DNA of 62,442 bases, filler included, from Chiloscyllium plagiosum (taxonomy: Eukaryota), in the NCBI RefSeq assembly GCF_004010195.1. It is 3 parts of one record of this genome, joined end to end, with 100 filler letters (N's around TTAATTAATTAA, not from the genome) between each part and the next. Parts side by side here need not be neighbours in the genome. Positions count along the whole stretch, not along the records: positions 22,510 to 41,351 come from NC_057713.1; 2 more parts are not named here. One strand, 5' to 3'. Below, in pieces: positions 24,986 through 37,480 of the stretch. A program made the position numbers and the translations under genes. The notes under the pieces are model-generated. The model saw nothing but the letters and a program-made list of their open reading frames with translations, was not told the DNA's origin and did not search any database. The stretch's first letter is position 1, and the number at the start of each line of letters is the position of its first letter.

Positions 24986-25619
24986 TTAAATCGTCTCTGC
25001 CCCACAATTTGTTTCGATAACCGCTCTTGTGGAGTGCCGGGAGTTGCTTTACTGAGTCGAAGGCGCTAACTAAATGCATGTGCTTGTTGCTGATGGGTTG
25101 GGGTTAGAATGAGGGTCCTATGGCGGCCTGAGCTGCTGAGGGAGTTAGCAAAGGAAAATCAACTGCACTTGCTTCTGCTTTTAACTTTCAACATTCGCTG
25201 CGAGGTCACCAGACGCGGGCCTGGCATCTGCTTGGGCAGCAATCCACAGACACTTCAAGGTGAACGCGGAGGGTGTCTTGGCTGCAGACAGGAAATCTCA
25301 ACGACGACGGAGTGAGATAATGTACATGGAAACGCACAGCTCAATAAATGGAGCATCAACAACAATTAGCCCATCAAACAGTTCAGCAGGAAAAAAAAAC
25401 AGCACAGCTTCTACCCATCTGGAGAATCCCTCCTGAGTTTGCATCGCAATCCTTGCTGTCATTTATAATCAGGCCCAGATCGGCAGGGAACATTCTCCAG
25501 CCTCAGAGTGGCTCAGGTGCCCACTGCTGAATCCCAAGCCCAGGAAATTCTAGGCTGGCACTGTGGTACAATGCCAAGGGCCAGAGCCAAGCGCTCCCCA
25601 CACCCCGCAGTTGTACATT

Positions 25620-26100
25620 AATCATTAGAATCTCTACAGTATGGAAACAGGCCAATCGGCCCATCGGGTCCACACCAACCTGGATGTAGGCTTGCTCGCT
25701 GAGCTGCAAGGTTCATTTTCAGATGTTTCGTCACCATACTAGATAACGTCTTCAGTGAGCCTCCAGACGAAGCACAGCTGATGATTCCTGCTTTTTATTT
25801 ACATGTTTGGGTTTCTTTAGGTTGGTGATGTCTTCTCCACACCAACCCTCCAAACAGTATCCCATGCAGACCCACCCCTGTAACCCTGCATTTCCCCATG
25901 GCTGACCCACATATCCCTCTACACCATGGTGTAATTTTGCATGGCCGATTCCCCCCAAACCTGCACACTTTTTCAACTGTGGGATGAAACCCATGCAGAC
26001 ACAGGGAGAATGTGCAAACTCCACAATGACAGTTGCCCGATGGTGGAATCGAACCCAGGTCCCTGGCGCAGAGCCTAACCACTGAGCCACCATGCCGCCC
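25620..26100 (-). mobile_element. HE1-type V-SINE interrupted by a PLE fragment (25681-25835)
   Basis: HE1 tail and body flank an insert bounded by the 12-bp TSD tccacaccaacc (25669-25680 / 25836-25847). Confidence 0.85.
25719..25758 (-). ncRNA. minimal type I hammerhead ribozyme motif (third family)
   Basis: Minus strand tca-CTGAAGA-c-gttatc-tagtat-ggtgac-GAAA-c-ATC-tga; stem III has one probable CpG-decay change (ACGT>ACAT). Confidence 0.68.
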
Positions 26101-26849
26101 ACAGGAGCAAGTGGACCCTGTATCCTGGTCAATCACTAGCCTGGTAGATGCCTGTGCAATAACCACTAATACTACAGTGAGCATGGATGTGAGGGAAAGG
26201 CAGGAGATTGGCACTAGGGGATAGAAGGTGTGCAGGCACAATGGGCCGAATGGCCTCCTTCTACACTGTAACCATTCTGTGATCTGTGACCAGCTAATGT
26301 CTGGGACACTGTGCTGCCAGCAATCCTCATCTCCATAGGATTTACACCTACAGGCCATTCAGCCCATCTAGTCTGTGGTAGTGTTCATGTGCCACACAAA
26401 CTTCCTCCCATTACCCATTGGTCTTACCCCATGAGCCTTCTGTTCCATCCTCCCTCATGTGTTTATCCTGACAGCTCTTAAATGCACCTACACTGTGTAC
26501 CTCATCCATTCCCTGGAGAATCACGGACTGGCTATTAGATAGAAGGATGCCATTCGGTCCATTGTATAGGTGCTAACTCACTTTCCCACAGCCTTTCTTC
26601 ATGTGTTTATTACCGGTGAAAGCCTCGAATGGCCCCCTCAGGAAGCCCACTGCGGACTCTAACCCCTCGCTGAGTGAAAATGTTTTATTTTCTCACCCTG
26701 CCAAATGCCTCTTTTCCTGCCCAGCATCATTCAGTGACCTCTCGTCCTCAATTCTCAGACTGATGGTAACATTCTGTACTCAGAGTTAACACTCCGAGTC
26801 TGAGATGACACTTTTTCCAAACTGCTTCCAAGAAATCTTACCAGATTTG

Positions 26850-26965
26850 AAAGGCTAACTTTGTTTCTCTCTCCACAGATGCTGCCAGACCTGCTAAGTT
26901 TCTGCAGCAATATTCTGCTTTTATTTCAGATTTTCAGCCTCTGCAGTATTTTGCTTTCTTTATCT
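26850..26965 (-). mobile_element. old PLE-like terminal repeat (related copies ~31128-31300, 32305-32410, 33295-33385, 37140-37210, 59490-59630)
   Basis: tctctccacagatgctgccagacctgct..tttc..cagcaat shares gcagatgctgg/cagcaggtc..gcagcatc motifs with family A. Confidence 0.6.
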
Positions 26966-27374
26966 GAGCAAACGAGTTTCCCTGATCTCCCAATTGAATT
27001 TACGATTGACTGTTTATGATCTGAGTTCTGGTCTCCCCCACAATTGGGAAGATTCCTTTATTATTGAACTTCTTTGTCATTTTACAAACCTGCATCAGAT
27101 CCCCATCTCTTCCAGGAGACACTGTTTGGAAAGGAACTCTGTTAATAACAAGCTGACAGCTCTGTGTATATCGACACTTCCTGTTAAAGCTCTCATTTAG
27201 CTCAATTGTGCTGTGTAGTGAGTTTTTTTTGTTAATTGTTCATTCCACAAGGATTGCCGCTGGTAATATGTTTAAAAGCTTCAGTAGTTTTGATCTGGAT
27301 AGCTTCGAATAGAACCCCAGAGAAAGTGGCAAGTGGCTTTGGGATACAGGGGTACGTTTATTTCTTACAATAAA

Positions 27375-27760
27375 ACAGACACAGAAACACAGGTACACAC
27401 CGGCACACAGATATACACAGGAAGAAACATAGAGACAGTGACACACAGGCACGCAGAGACATACAGAGAGACAAACACAGAGACAGAGACACACACACAG
27501 GCACAGAGACACACACACACAGGCACAGAGATATACAGGGATACAAATACAGGGACAGAGACATAAACAGACAGTCCTGGAGGCACACAAACAGACACAG
27601 AAACCTATAGACACAAACACAGACAGATAAAGACACAAACAGACACACAGGGACAGATAGTGAACACAGATCCAGCGATGCACAGATGCAAATACAAACT
27701 CACACAAACACAGAGACACACACAGGCACAAGTACACGTAGAAACACACACACACATGCG
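27375..27760. repeat. CA/GA-rich degenerate microsatellite
   Basis: Direct inspection. Confidence 0.9.
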
Positions 27761-27807
27761 CGAACTTATTACTGACTTTCAGCGGGATGTTACTCATGCC
27801 CCCCTAC

Positions 27808-28212
27808 ACATTAACAGCACAGAGATGGAATGAGTGGAGAGTGTCAAGCTCCTGGGTTTGGTCATCCACAACAAGCTTTCTTGGACTCTTCATGTGGACG
27901 CACTGGTTACAAAGGCCCAACAACATCTCTTCTTCCTCAGGCAGCTGAGGAAATTTGGCATGACAGCGAATATCCTTGCCAACTTTTATAGGTGAGAATC
28001 AAAATTAGAGTGGTGCTGGAAAAGCACAGCAGGTCAGGCAGCATCCGAGCAGCAGGAACATCGACGTTTTGGGCTGGAGCCCTTCATCCTTCCTGCTCCT
28101 CGGATGCTTATTTACTATCTATGCTCCTTAACTCTCTGATCTGCCTGTATTGCTCACAAAACAAAGCTTTTCACTGTGCCTCGGTACACGTGAAAATCAA
28201 TTCAATTCAATT
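27808..28212 (+). mobile_element. Rex1/Babar LINE fragments with a PLE mini-palindrome (~27993-28108) between them
   Basis: VESVKLLG..LSWTLHVDALVTKAQQHLFFLRQLRKFGM..LANFYR; 3' end with (caatt)n tail. Confidence 0.8.
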
Positions 28213-28583
28213 CAACACACATACAGACACGGACACACGTTCAAACACGTGTACACACAGACACATACACACACACACACAGATACTGACACACCTTCTC
28301 ACACACATGCACATGCAACAGACATGCACATTTGCACACAGTGACACACAAACACACACACATGCACAGAGACACACACAGACACCAGGCACAGACATGT
28401 ACACACTACAGGCAACATAAATACAGATACCAACACGCCTTCAAACACGTGCATACTCACACAGGCACTCTGAGGTACACGTACACACACACATATACAC
28501 AGACAAACAAAAACAATCATCAACATGCACATATACACACACGCATGCACATATACACAGACAAACAAAAACAATCATCAACA
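28213..28583. repeat. (CA)n-rich microsatellite ending in a short tandem duplication
   Basis: catatacacagacaaacaaaaacaatcatcaaca occurs twice. Confidence 0.9.
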
Positions 28584-29765
28584 GTTTAAGATGAACTTCA
28601 AATAAATTAGAATACTGTTAAACACTGACGGACTTTCCCTACAGACATCAGTACAGCGCTGCAGTTATATTAACAGAAAGAAATCTAAGCAAAAAGAAGC
28701 TGACAGAATCTCCTTGGGAGTTTTTTACAAAGCTTCATGAGAGGCTAGTTGTTATTAAAAATGAAGACAACGCTGTATTTTTCTGTCACCTAATGTAAAG
28801 ATTGGCACCACAAACCGAACCAATCAGACACCCATCTCAAACAGAAACACGACTGATGACCAGGTCTGGGACAGTGGCTCAGTAGAAACTGAATGGCGTT
28901 GGATCATTACTGAACATTCAATATCTGCGAGAATGACACAGAACCGGAGGCCACTCGGCCAGATGTGTCAGTGCTGGCTCTTTGAAAGACTTCGCTAATT
29001 CGTTCCACATCCTCTGGCGTTGGCCCCTTTGATCCAAACCCTTTCGGAGGGAGTAATTGAGAAGCCTTGCACAGATCTTCAGATAGCGTCTTCCATCACC
29101 ACAACTCTGTGCCCCCATCTCCTCCTCTGTTACTCTTCCCGACTCTCTTCAACCTGAGTCCCTTGAGTTTCTGAGGCTGGTTTCTCCTTAAGTGCTCGAT
29201 AAAAACCCTTCCCAAATTAAACTTCCCTCTTGACCCTCCTGTCCAGTCTCCCTTGACTGAAGTGAGCCACGTTTTCCCACAGGAACTGAAGCCCCTCTCA
29301 ACCTGGTTACCATTGGATGGAGAAAGACCCATCAAACCCCGAATGGCTTTAGAAAGTTACACAAGGGCTTCTTTTTTATCGAGTGAAATTAACCAACGCC
29401 TCTTGTCATCCAAGGGGGGGGGGAGAAGTTTGGAATTGAGGGGATGAAATGCTGCCTTTAAACACCAATCACTGCCAGAACAACTGCCTGTTGTCTGACA
29501 GAGCTCTCTGACACAAAAGCTTCAGTGTTCATGGGACCATGGTCTGGAATTGATTCACAGATCAGCCAGGATCTCTCTGATCAAGGAGCGAAACGGCCTC
29601 TTCCGCCTCCCATGTTTCAGCGTGACCATTCAGAGCTTGGAGTATTTCCCCACCGTGAGACACATTAATCAATGTGTAAGAGGACGTGGAATGAATTGGC
29701 GAACTCTCTCAAAGAGCCAGCACTGACACAGCGGGCCGAGTGGCCTCTGGTTCTGTCATTCTTGT

Positions 29766-30100
29766 GGTGGCACGGTGGCTCAATGGTTAGCAAGGCTGCC
29801 TCACAGCACCTGGGACCTGGGTTCGATTCCAGCCTCAGGTGACTGTCTGTGTGCAGTTTGCACATTCTCCCCGTGTCGTCTGCGTGGGTTTCCTCCGGGT
29901 GCTCCGGTTTCCTCCCACAGTCCAAAGATGTGCAGGTTAGGTGAATTGGCCATGCTAAATTGCCCGTAGTGTTCAGGGATGTGTTGGTTGGGTGTATTAG
30001 TTGGGGTAGATGTAGGGGAATGGATCTGAGTGGGTTACTCTTCGGAGGCTCGGTGTGGACTGGTTGGGCCGAAGGGCCTGTAGGGATTTCTATATCTATA
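29766..30100 (+). mobile_element. HE1-type V-SINE
   Basis: tRNA head, V-domain, tail. Confidence 0.92.
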
Positions 30101-30479
30101 TCTGTAACTCACTGTTCTGATTCGCAACACACAAAGCATGCCTACTCCCCCAAGGCTCCCACGCACCCCCAAACTGATTCCAGCTGATACAGTCTGAGGG
30201 TTTTTAGAAAACACTGTGATCGAATTCCCCCAGAGGGAAATACAATTTTTAGACTGCACGGCTTAAAGGAGCTCAAAACTGAGCAATTATGTGACAGGTC
30301 AGCTGTTAGCTGGAAATCTGAGATAGATGCGCTTTAGTTCAGCAAAGGTATTAAGGAATATGGGCCACAAGCAGGTATATGGAATTACAATGAATGGTGG
30401 AACAGGCTGAAAGGGGCTGAATGGCCTCCTCCTATTCCAATGTTCCTAGATGCACTCATACACTCATCACCCTGAGGCA

Positions 30480-30846
30480 TTCAGGATGATCAAAGATGTG
30501 GATAAATTAGACATGGAGTGGATGTTTCCTCTTGTGGGGCATCTCAGGACGAGAGGTCGTAGTCTTCGGAAAAGGGGGGGGGGGGCAAATTTCAAACAGA
30601 GCTGAGGAGAAAGTACTTCTCCCAAAAGGTTGTGAATCTGTGGAATTCCCTGCCCCAAAGTGCGGTGGATGTGGGACAGGGAGTAAATTTGAGGAGGAGA
30701 TAGACAGATATTTAATCGGTAATGGGTTAAAGGGTTATGGGGAGAAGGCAGTAAAAGGGGGGTGAGGAGCCATGGTCGAATGGTGGAGCAGACTCGATGG
30801 GCCGAATGGTCTAATTCTGCTCCTATATCTTATGAACTTATGAACT
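30480..30846 (+). mobile_element. CR1-type LINE 3' end
   Basis: FSQKVVNLWNSLPQ-type C-terminus; (ttatgaac)n tail. Confidence 0.85.
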
Positions 30847-31299
30847 ACCCTCACAGCTTTATCCCTGCACTCATTGACCTACACTGACTCCTGAATCAGC
30901 AATATATCTACTGGAAGATCCTCATTCGCATTTTCAAAGTGTCCCTTGCTTCATCTCTCTCCCCATCACTGTCTCCCTCTCTAACCCCACAGCCACCCGA
31001 GATGAACAGTACATGCAGACATCACTGAAGGGGACAGAATGGGTGAAGACAGCAGCAAATCAAGTATACAGTACCCTCGGTTTTATTAATAGGAGCTGGG
31101 AATACAGGATCAAGGAGGTGAGTTGAAACAGAAACAGAAATTGCTAGAGAAACTCAGCAGGTCTGACAAGATCGATGGAGAGAAAGCAGAGTTGGCATAT
31201 CAAGTCCAGTGACAGTTTCAGATTTCCAACATCCAAAAGGACATTGCTCCTCTTTTTAGTCTTATTGAACACAAAATGTTAACTCTGTTTCTCCCTCAT

Positions 31300-32190
31300 T
31301 TATGCACTCATGGGACATGGGTGTCGCTGCCAGGGCCCAGATTTTATTACCCATCCCTAGTTGCCCCTTGAGAAGGTGAGTGTCAACTGCAGTCCATGTG
31401 CTGTAGGTAGACCCACAATGCCCTTGGAGAGGGAATTCCAGGATTCTGACCCAGCGACACTGGAGGAACAGCGATATATTTCCAAGTCAGGATGGTGAGG
31501 GGCTTGGAGGGGAACTTGCAGGGGGTGGGGTTCCCATGTACCTGCTGCCCCTTGTCCTTCTGGATGGAAGTGGTGGTGGGTTTAGAAGGTGCTGTCTGAG
31601 GATCTTTGGTGAATTTCTGCAATGCATCTTGTAGATAGTACACACTGCTGCTACAGTACACACTGCTGCTACTGAGTGTCGATGATGGAGGGAGTGGGTG
31701 TTTGTGGATGTGGTGCCAGTCAAGCAAGGGCTGCTTTGTCCTGCTCATTCCTGATGAAGGGCTTTTGTCCGAAACGTTGATTTTCCTGCTCCTCGGATGC
31801 TGCCTGACCTGCTGTGCTTTTCCAGCACCACTCTGATCTAGACTCTGGTTTCCACTATCTGCAGTCCTCACTTTCGCTTTGTCCTGGATGGTGTCGAGCT
31901 TCTTGAGTGTTGTTGGAGCTGTCCCCACCCAGGGCAAGTGGGGAGTATTCCATCACATGCCTGACTTGTGCCTTGTAGATGGTGGACAGGCTTTGGGGAG
32001 TCAGGAGGTGAATTATTTGCTGTATCCAATTTGCTATCATTTCCTTTGTCCCATCTGCTCTGCCTCGGCGCAGACATCTGTTGTGTGGTGTGGTGTTGTA
32101 CTGTATGGAAATCCATGCACACATCATCAACGGCATCACCCTCATTGACCCTATCTGCTACTTCCTCAAAAATGTCCAGCTTAAACATAG
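31300..32190 (-). mobile_element. CR1-group LINE 'family B' 3' region with nested PLE insert (31744-31875); CR1 RT fragment at ~32020-32190
   Basis: IYKAQVRHVMEYSPLA..LDTIQDKA; 11-bp TSD gctttgtcctg (31733-31743 / 31876-31886); EEVADRVNEGDAVD RT motif. Confidence 0.85.
31747..31782 (+). ncRNA. minimal type I hammerhead ribozyme motif (family A)
   Basis: attc-CTGATGA(31751-31757)-a-gggc-tttt-gtcc-GAAA(31771-31774)-c-GTT-gatt; cleavage triplet GUU rather than GUC. Confidence 0.72.
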
Positions 32191-33384
32191 CATCCAGAAA
32201 CCAGTGAGAATGTGGAACTTACTGCAGTGGGGAATGGGTGAGTACAACAGCAGAGGCACATTCCAGGGGAAACTGGAGAAATAGGAGGGAGGAAAGAAGT
32301 GAAGGAAGAACTGCAGGTGCTGGAAACCAGGAACTTAAATTAGAAATTGCTGGGAAAACTCAACAGGTCTGGCAGCATCTATGGAGAGAAAAATGTTTCA
32401 GGTCCAGTGAGCGCCTGGGTCGAAACGGAAGGTTTTGTTAATGGGTTTGAGGTGATATAGGGGGGTCGAAGAGGAGACTGGCTGAACAGCAGGGACCAGT
32501 TGGGCTGAATGGCCTGTTGCTGTGCTGCAAGATTCTATGTAAAGGGAGAAATGGTCAAGCAGCGCCTAATATTTCACTGTTCACTGCGTTAATAACAGGG
32601 CAGCTGTCTGCAAGAAAGGCTTTTGTGTTCAGCAACTCCGCAGGCAGGTTTCTGCACCTGTATCCTGTGAATTGTGTTTTTTTTATTTGTTTGTTATTTT
32701 GGGTGAAGGTGATGAATGAAGTGAGGATTGCAGCTGCTGGCTTGTTTTCTTATTAATCCTCATCTGACAGCCACGTCTGGAATGTGGGATGGGACCTCCC
32801 CAATTCTGCGGGAGATTGAGGTTCCGATAAAGTGCAGGTAATACAAAGTGTCAGATTGTTGTCGGTGAGTTAGGGTGTGATGTGGCGGTTTCGTTAATGG
32901 AGATATGGTTGACTAACTGGAGATGACACAAATAGTCTAGCCCTGACCAGTCTTAAAGCAGGAACTCAGTCTTTAGAGGGGTTATTAAGCGCCAAGGTTG
33001 TACATCTCCTGTACAAATCATCTTCCACACGTCTTGCTGTTCCACCTTCTAATTAATCCATCTCTGTTCCCTTTTCCTTTCTGTTACAATCCTGCTCACT
33101 AATCGTGTTGGCACTTTGCGAAACCGTGACTTCCCACGCGTTCAGACAATGTCGCTGCAACAGTGACCTGCATTTATATAGCACCCGCAAGGAACCGAGG
33201 ACCTCCAGGTGCGCCTCGCAGATGTACGAGCAGAGTTCGATCCGGAGCTCTGCGAGGAAGGGGGTTAGGGGATCAGATGGTCAAGAGGCTAATCTAACAG
33301 AAGCAAATGTGGCTGGGGAAACTCAGCAGGTCTGGCAGCGTCTGTGAAGAGAGAAGCATCCATTCTCTCCCCCACTGATGCTCA

Positions 33385-33720
33385 ACAGCAGCAGTGTGTA
33401 CCATCTACAAGATACCCTGCAGAAATTCACCAAAGATCCTCAGACAGCACCTTCCAAATCCACAACCACTTCCATCTAGAAGGACAAGGGCAACAGTTAC
33501 ATGGGAACACCACCCCCTGCTAGTTCCCCTCCAAGCCCCTCACCATCCTGACTTGGAAATATATCGCCGTTCCTTCAGTGTCGCTGGGTCAGAATCCTGG
33601 AATTCCCTACCCCTACAGCACATGGACTGCAAGAAGGCAGCTCATCCCCACCTTCTCAAGGGGCAACTAGGGACAGGGAGTAAATGCTGGGTCCAGCCAA
33701 TGACACCCAGGAATAAATAA
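33385..33720 (+). mobile_element. CR1-group LINE 'family B' 3' end (other tails ~13165-13312 +, 53655-53800 -, 58215-58490 +, 61172-61445 +)
   Basis: Closely similar to 6990-7310. Confidence 0.88.
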
Positions 33721-33721
33721 A

Positions 33722-34660
33722 ATGGAATTGGCTGTGTGACAGGAAATGGAGAGTAGTGGTTAATGGACGCTTATCATACTGGAGGGAAGGATTTTGTGGT
33801 GCTCCCTAGGGGTCAGTGTGGGATTGCCTGCTTTTCCTGATACATATTATCAGGACCTTGACTTTGAGGCACAAACAACTGGGAAATATTCCGAACTATG
33901 AGGAGGATAGGGCATAATATCAAAAAGATCGTGATTGGTTAGTGGAATGGGCAGACAGGTAGCAGGTAAAATTCAATGCAAGATAATGTGAAAGGGATTC
34001 AAATTTGTTGGAAGAAGATAGAGAGGGAGAGTTTAAAATCGAGGTACAGTTCTAAAGGAGGTAGAACAGTGGGGCACCTGGGGGTATGTGTTTGTGTAAG
34101 TTACAGAAAGTGACAGGACAAGTCACAAGTGTGGTGAGTAGAGACAGCAATTTGGGTTTAAAAACCAGCAAACACAAAACCAATTAAAACGGTTCACAAT
34201 ATGGTTAGATCTCAGCTGGAATACTGTGTACCAGTGAGGGGGGACAGACCTGACAGGCTGAAATTCTAAGGAAGTCAGGATTAGAGTGGTTCTGGAAAAG
34301 TACAGCAGGTCAGGCAGCATCCGGGCAGCAGGAAAGTTGACATTTCGGGCAAAAGCCCTTCATCAAGAATTCCCGAAACGTCCATTTTCCTGCTCCTCGG
34401 ATGCTGCCTGATCTGCTGTGCTTTTCCAGCACCGCTCTAATCTAGACTCTGACCTCCAGCATCTGCAGTCCTCACTTTCACCTGAAATTCTAAGGATGTG
34501 AACACAATGTTTGAAAAACATTTGGATGGGTACATGAATCGGAAAGGTTTGGAGGGATATGGGCCAGAGAAGGCAGGTGGGACTACCTCAGTTTGGGATT
34601 ATGTTCAGCATGGACTGGTTGGACCGAAGGGCCTGTTTCCGGGCTAGATGACTCTATAGA
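33722..34660 (+). mobile_element. degraded CR1 RT/3' fragments with a nested palindromic PLE mini-element (34273-34481)
   Basis: PxGSV-type RT motif at ~33800; perfect 15-bp TSD ctgaaattctaagga (34258-34272 / 34482-34496) around inverted PLE arms. Confidence 0.8.
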
Positions 34661-35835
34661 GTTGGAGCAAGTGCAGAAGAGTTCCCGAGATTGAGAACGA
34701 GGTTAGATTAGCGACAAATTCTTTGGACCAGAGATGGAATTTGATCGAGTTGTTCAGAACCACGAGGGCCCTGCCCAGAGTCACCAGGGAGAAAACATTG
34801 TCGTTGGCGGGAGGATTCAGAAGGAGAGGGCGCAGAGTTAAACTCATTGACAAAGGAAACAAAAGTGACATGAGAAAAACCGAGGAAGTGGGGAGGTTCA
34901 GGACCGCACTCCTAGAATCAGACAGCACAGAAGAGGCCTTTCAGCCCATCCAGTCAATAACATCAAAAAGACGCTCCTGCCCACACAAGTTCCACTTTCC
35001 AACACCAGGTGCATAGCCTGGAATGCTTTGACATTTCAAGTGCTCATCCAAGTACTTTCTAAAGGCTTCCCACTCCAACCCACCCCCTCCTAGGGAGTAA
35101 ATTCCAGACCCCCACCATCCTCTGGGTGAAAATGATTTTCCTCAAATTCCCCTTAAACCTCCTGCCCTTTCACTTTGAAATGATAGCCCCTTGTTACTGA
35201 CCCTGAGGGGGACAGCTGCTTTCTGTCCATGCCCCTCACCATGCTAATCACGTTGCCTGAGAGCGTGGCGGAAGCAGGTTCAATAAAGAATTTCAGGGGG
35301 TGTCAAGACTGTTAACTAACACATAAAAATGGTACTGAGTGAGACACACATTGGGAGAGCTGGGGAAGACACAATGGGCTGAATGGCCTCATTTTGCACA
35401 ATAACAGTTGTGTGGTTCCATCAACACCACTCCTTCGATGTCTTATCTGCCATTCATTTCCATCCTCTGCTGTCACATACCTCCCATTTGTTAATGCCCC
35501 TCCCTTCTCTGAGGGCAACCACTGAGCCCCATCTGCTCAGCGCCTGGCACAATAGGCGCTTCTCTTCCCTTAACACAACTAGCTGAGGCACTGATGGTTG
35601 GTGAGGTTGGGTTTGCCATGTGTTCCAGAGACACAGGAATAACCGCCTCTGAAAAGGGCCAGGGCTTCCCAAGTAGAGCTAAGCCATTCCAAAATAAAAC
35701 CAAGAGAATTATACAGATCCCTGACCACCTTACAGCCTTGTGGATACCAAGGTCAGCAGTAAGGCAAAGTCTATCAAAGGGCTAGCAACACAGGGCAGGC
35801 AGAGTGGCCATCTTCCTGATTCAATTGAAGGGCAG

Positions 35836-36035
35836 AAAAATGTGTTGCTGGAAAAGCGCAGCAGGTCAGGCAGCATCCAAGGAACAGGAGAATCTACGTT
35901 TCGGGCATATTCCTGAAGAAGTGCTTATGCCCGAAACATCGATTCTCCTGCCCCTTGGATGCTGCCTGACCTGCTGCGCTTTTCCAGCAACACGTTTTTC
36001 AGCTCTGATCTCCAGTATCTGCAGTCCTCACTTCC
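35836..36035. mobile_element. palindromic PLE mini-element with a central hammerhead
   Basis: ~70-bp inverted arms; 15-bp TSD tcaattgRagggcag (35821-35835 / 36036-36050). Confidence 0.85.
35909..35944 (+). ncRNA. minimal hammerhead motif, partly decayed
   Basis: attc-CTGAAGA(35913-35919)-a-gtgc-ttat-gccc-GAAA-c-ATC-gatt; mismatches in stems II and III. Confidence 0.6.
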
Positions 36036-36124
36036 TCAATTGGAGGGCAGCTTGACTCCTGTGCCTAGGTTCACCTCGCCTCTCATGTCTGTTCCAGGAG
36101 TGAATGAGCATTTGGTTTAACATA

Positions 36125-36592
36125 GAAAGGTAGAAACTAAAGAGCAGGAGTAGGCCATTTGGCCCTTCAAACCTGCTCCCCCATTCAATAGGATCATGGC
36201 TGACCATCCAGCTCAGTCCCCATTCCCACTTTCTCCCCCAGACCCTTTGATCCTTTTAGCCCTTAGAACAATATCTAACTCCTTTTTGAAAACATTCAAT
36301 GCTTTGACCTCAACCACTTCCTGTGGCAGAGAATCCCACAGGCTCCGCACTCTCTGGGTGAAGACATTTCTCCCCATCTCAGTCCGAAATGGCCCACCCC
36401 GTATCCTTAGATTGTCACCCCCTGGTTCTGGACTCCCCGGTCACCGGGAACACCCTTCCTGTGTTTACCCTGTCTAGCCTGGTTAGAGTTTTGTAGGTTT
36501 CTATGAGATCCCCTCCTTCATTCTCCTCAACGCTAATGAATCTAGTCCTAACGCATCCAGTCTCTCTTCACATATCAGTGCTGCCAATCCCT
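36125..36592 (-). mobile_element. CR1-type LINE 3' end (same subfamily at ~56160-56525 and 60055-60500)
   Basis: gaatcccacaggctcc.cactctctgggtgaagacatttc shared by the three copies. Confidence 0.88.
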
Positions 36593-37229
36593 GTTGGAGG
36601 AGCAGTGCCCATTCTGATATGAGGTATGATCTCTGTGAGGGCGAGAATATCCGATGGGGCGCCAGCAATCCCTGCCCACAACAGGGGGATAAACCCCTTG
36701 ATGATTTATTTTTTTAAAAATCCTTTTGAAACCGTCCAAAATTACCCGAAGCATGGAAAGTGCAAACTTTGAGAGTGTGAAGCCATCAGCTTTGCAGTGC
36801 AGACAGCAATTGCTGGCTTGCAAGGTGAAATTTCCTGACGCCATGCTTCTGAAAAGAACTAAAATCAATATTCATTTTAATTACTCATTGATTCTGTCGC
36901 CCAGCTCAGTTATTGCACTTCCTGCTTACTACTGGAAATATGCTGAACAGACAGCCCTACTCCAACATTACATCTCTCTCCCAGTGCAACACTACACCAA
37001 GCCCCTGATTCTATACCATTTACATTTGAATAGCACCTTTAATGGGAATCAAAGTATTTCACCACAGAGAATCTCAAACAAGATGTGACGCTCAGTCACA
37101 TTAGGAGTCGCTCCAGCAGGTAGGGTAAAGAAGAGTCAAACTCATCTCAAAACATTAACTCTTCAAGACCTACTGAGTTTCTCCTGCAATTCCTGCTTTT
37201 GTTTTGGTCAAAATGATAGTACTGTAAAT

Positions 37230-37480
37230 GAAGAGAGGGAAGTTGAGAGATAGTGAGACAGACAGAGAGAGATGGTGACAGTGAGATGAAGAGAGATGAG
37301 GGAGAAAGAGATGGAGGTGGAGAGAGAGATGGAGAGATGAAAGACAGAGAGACAAATAGACAGATGGAAACAGAGATAGAGGGAGAGAAAGATGGAGAGA
37401 GAGAGGATGAGATGGAGAGAGAAAGAGAGAGAGAGAGAGAGCATGACAGAGATAGAAATAGAGAGAGAAAGAGAAGCAGA
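37230..37480. repeat. (GA)n-rich low-complexity tract
   Basis: Direct inspection. Confidence 0.9.

Noticed and set aside
28060..28090. Additional hammerhead copies here, at ~34335-34370 and ~59490-59530
   Set aside because: Core nucleotides are mutated or missing (C3, G12 or the CUGA motif); counted only as decayed copies.
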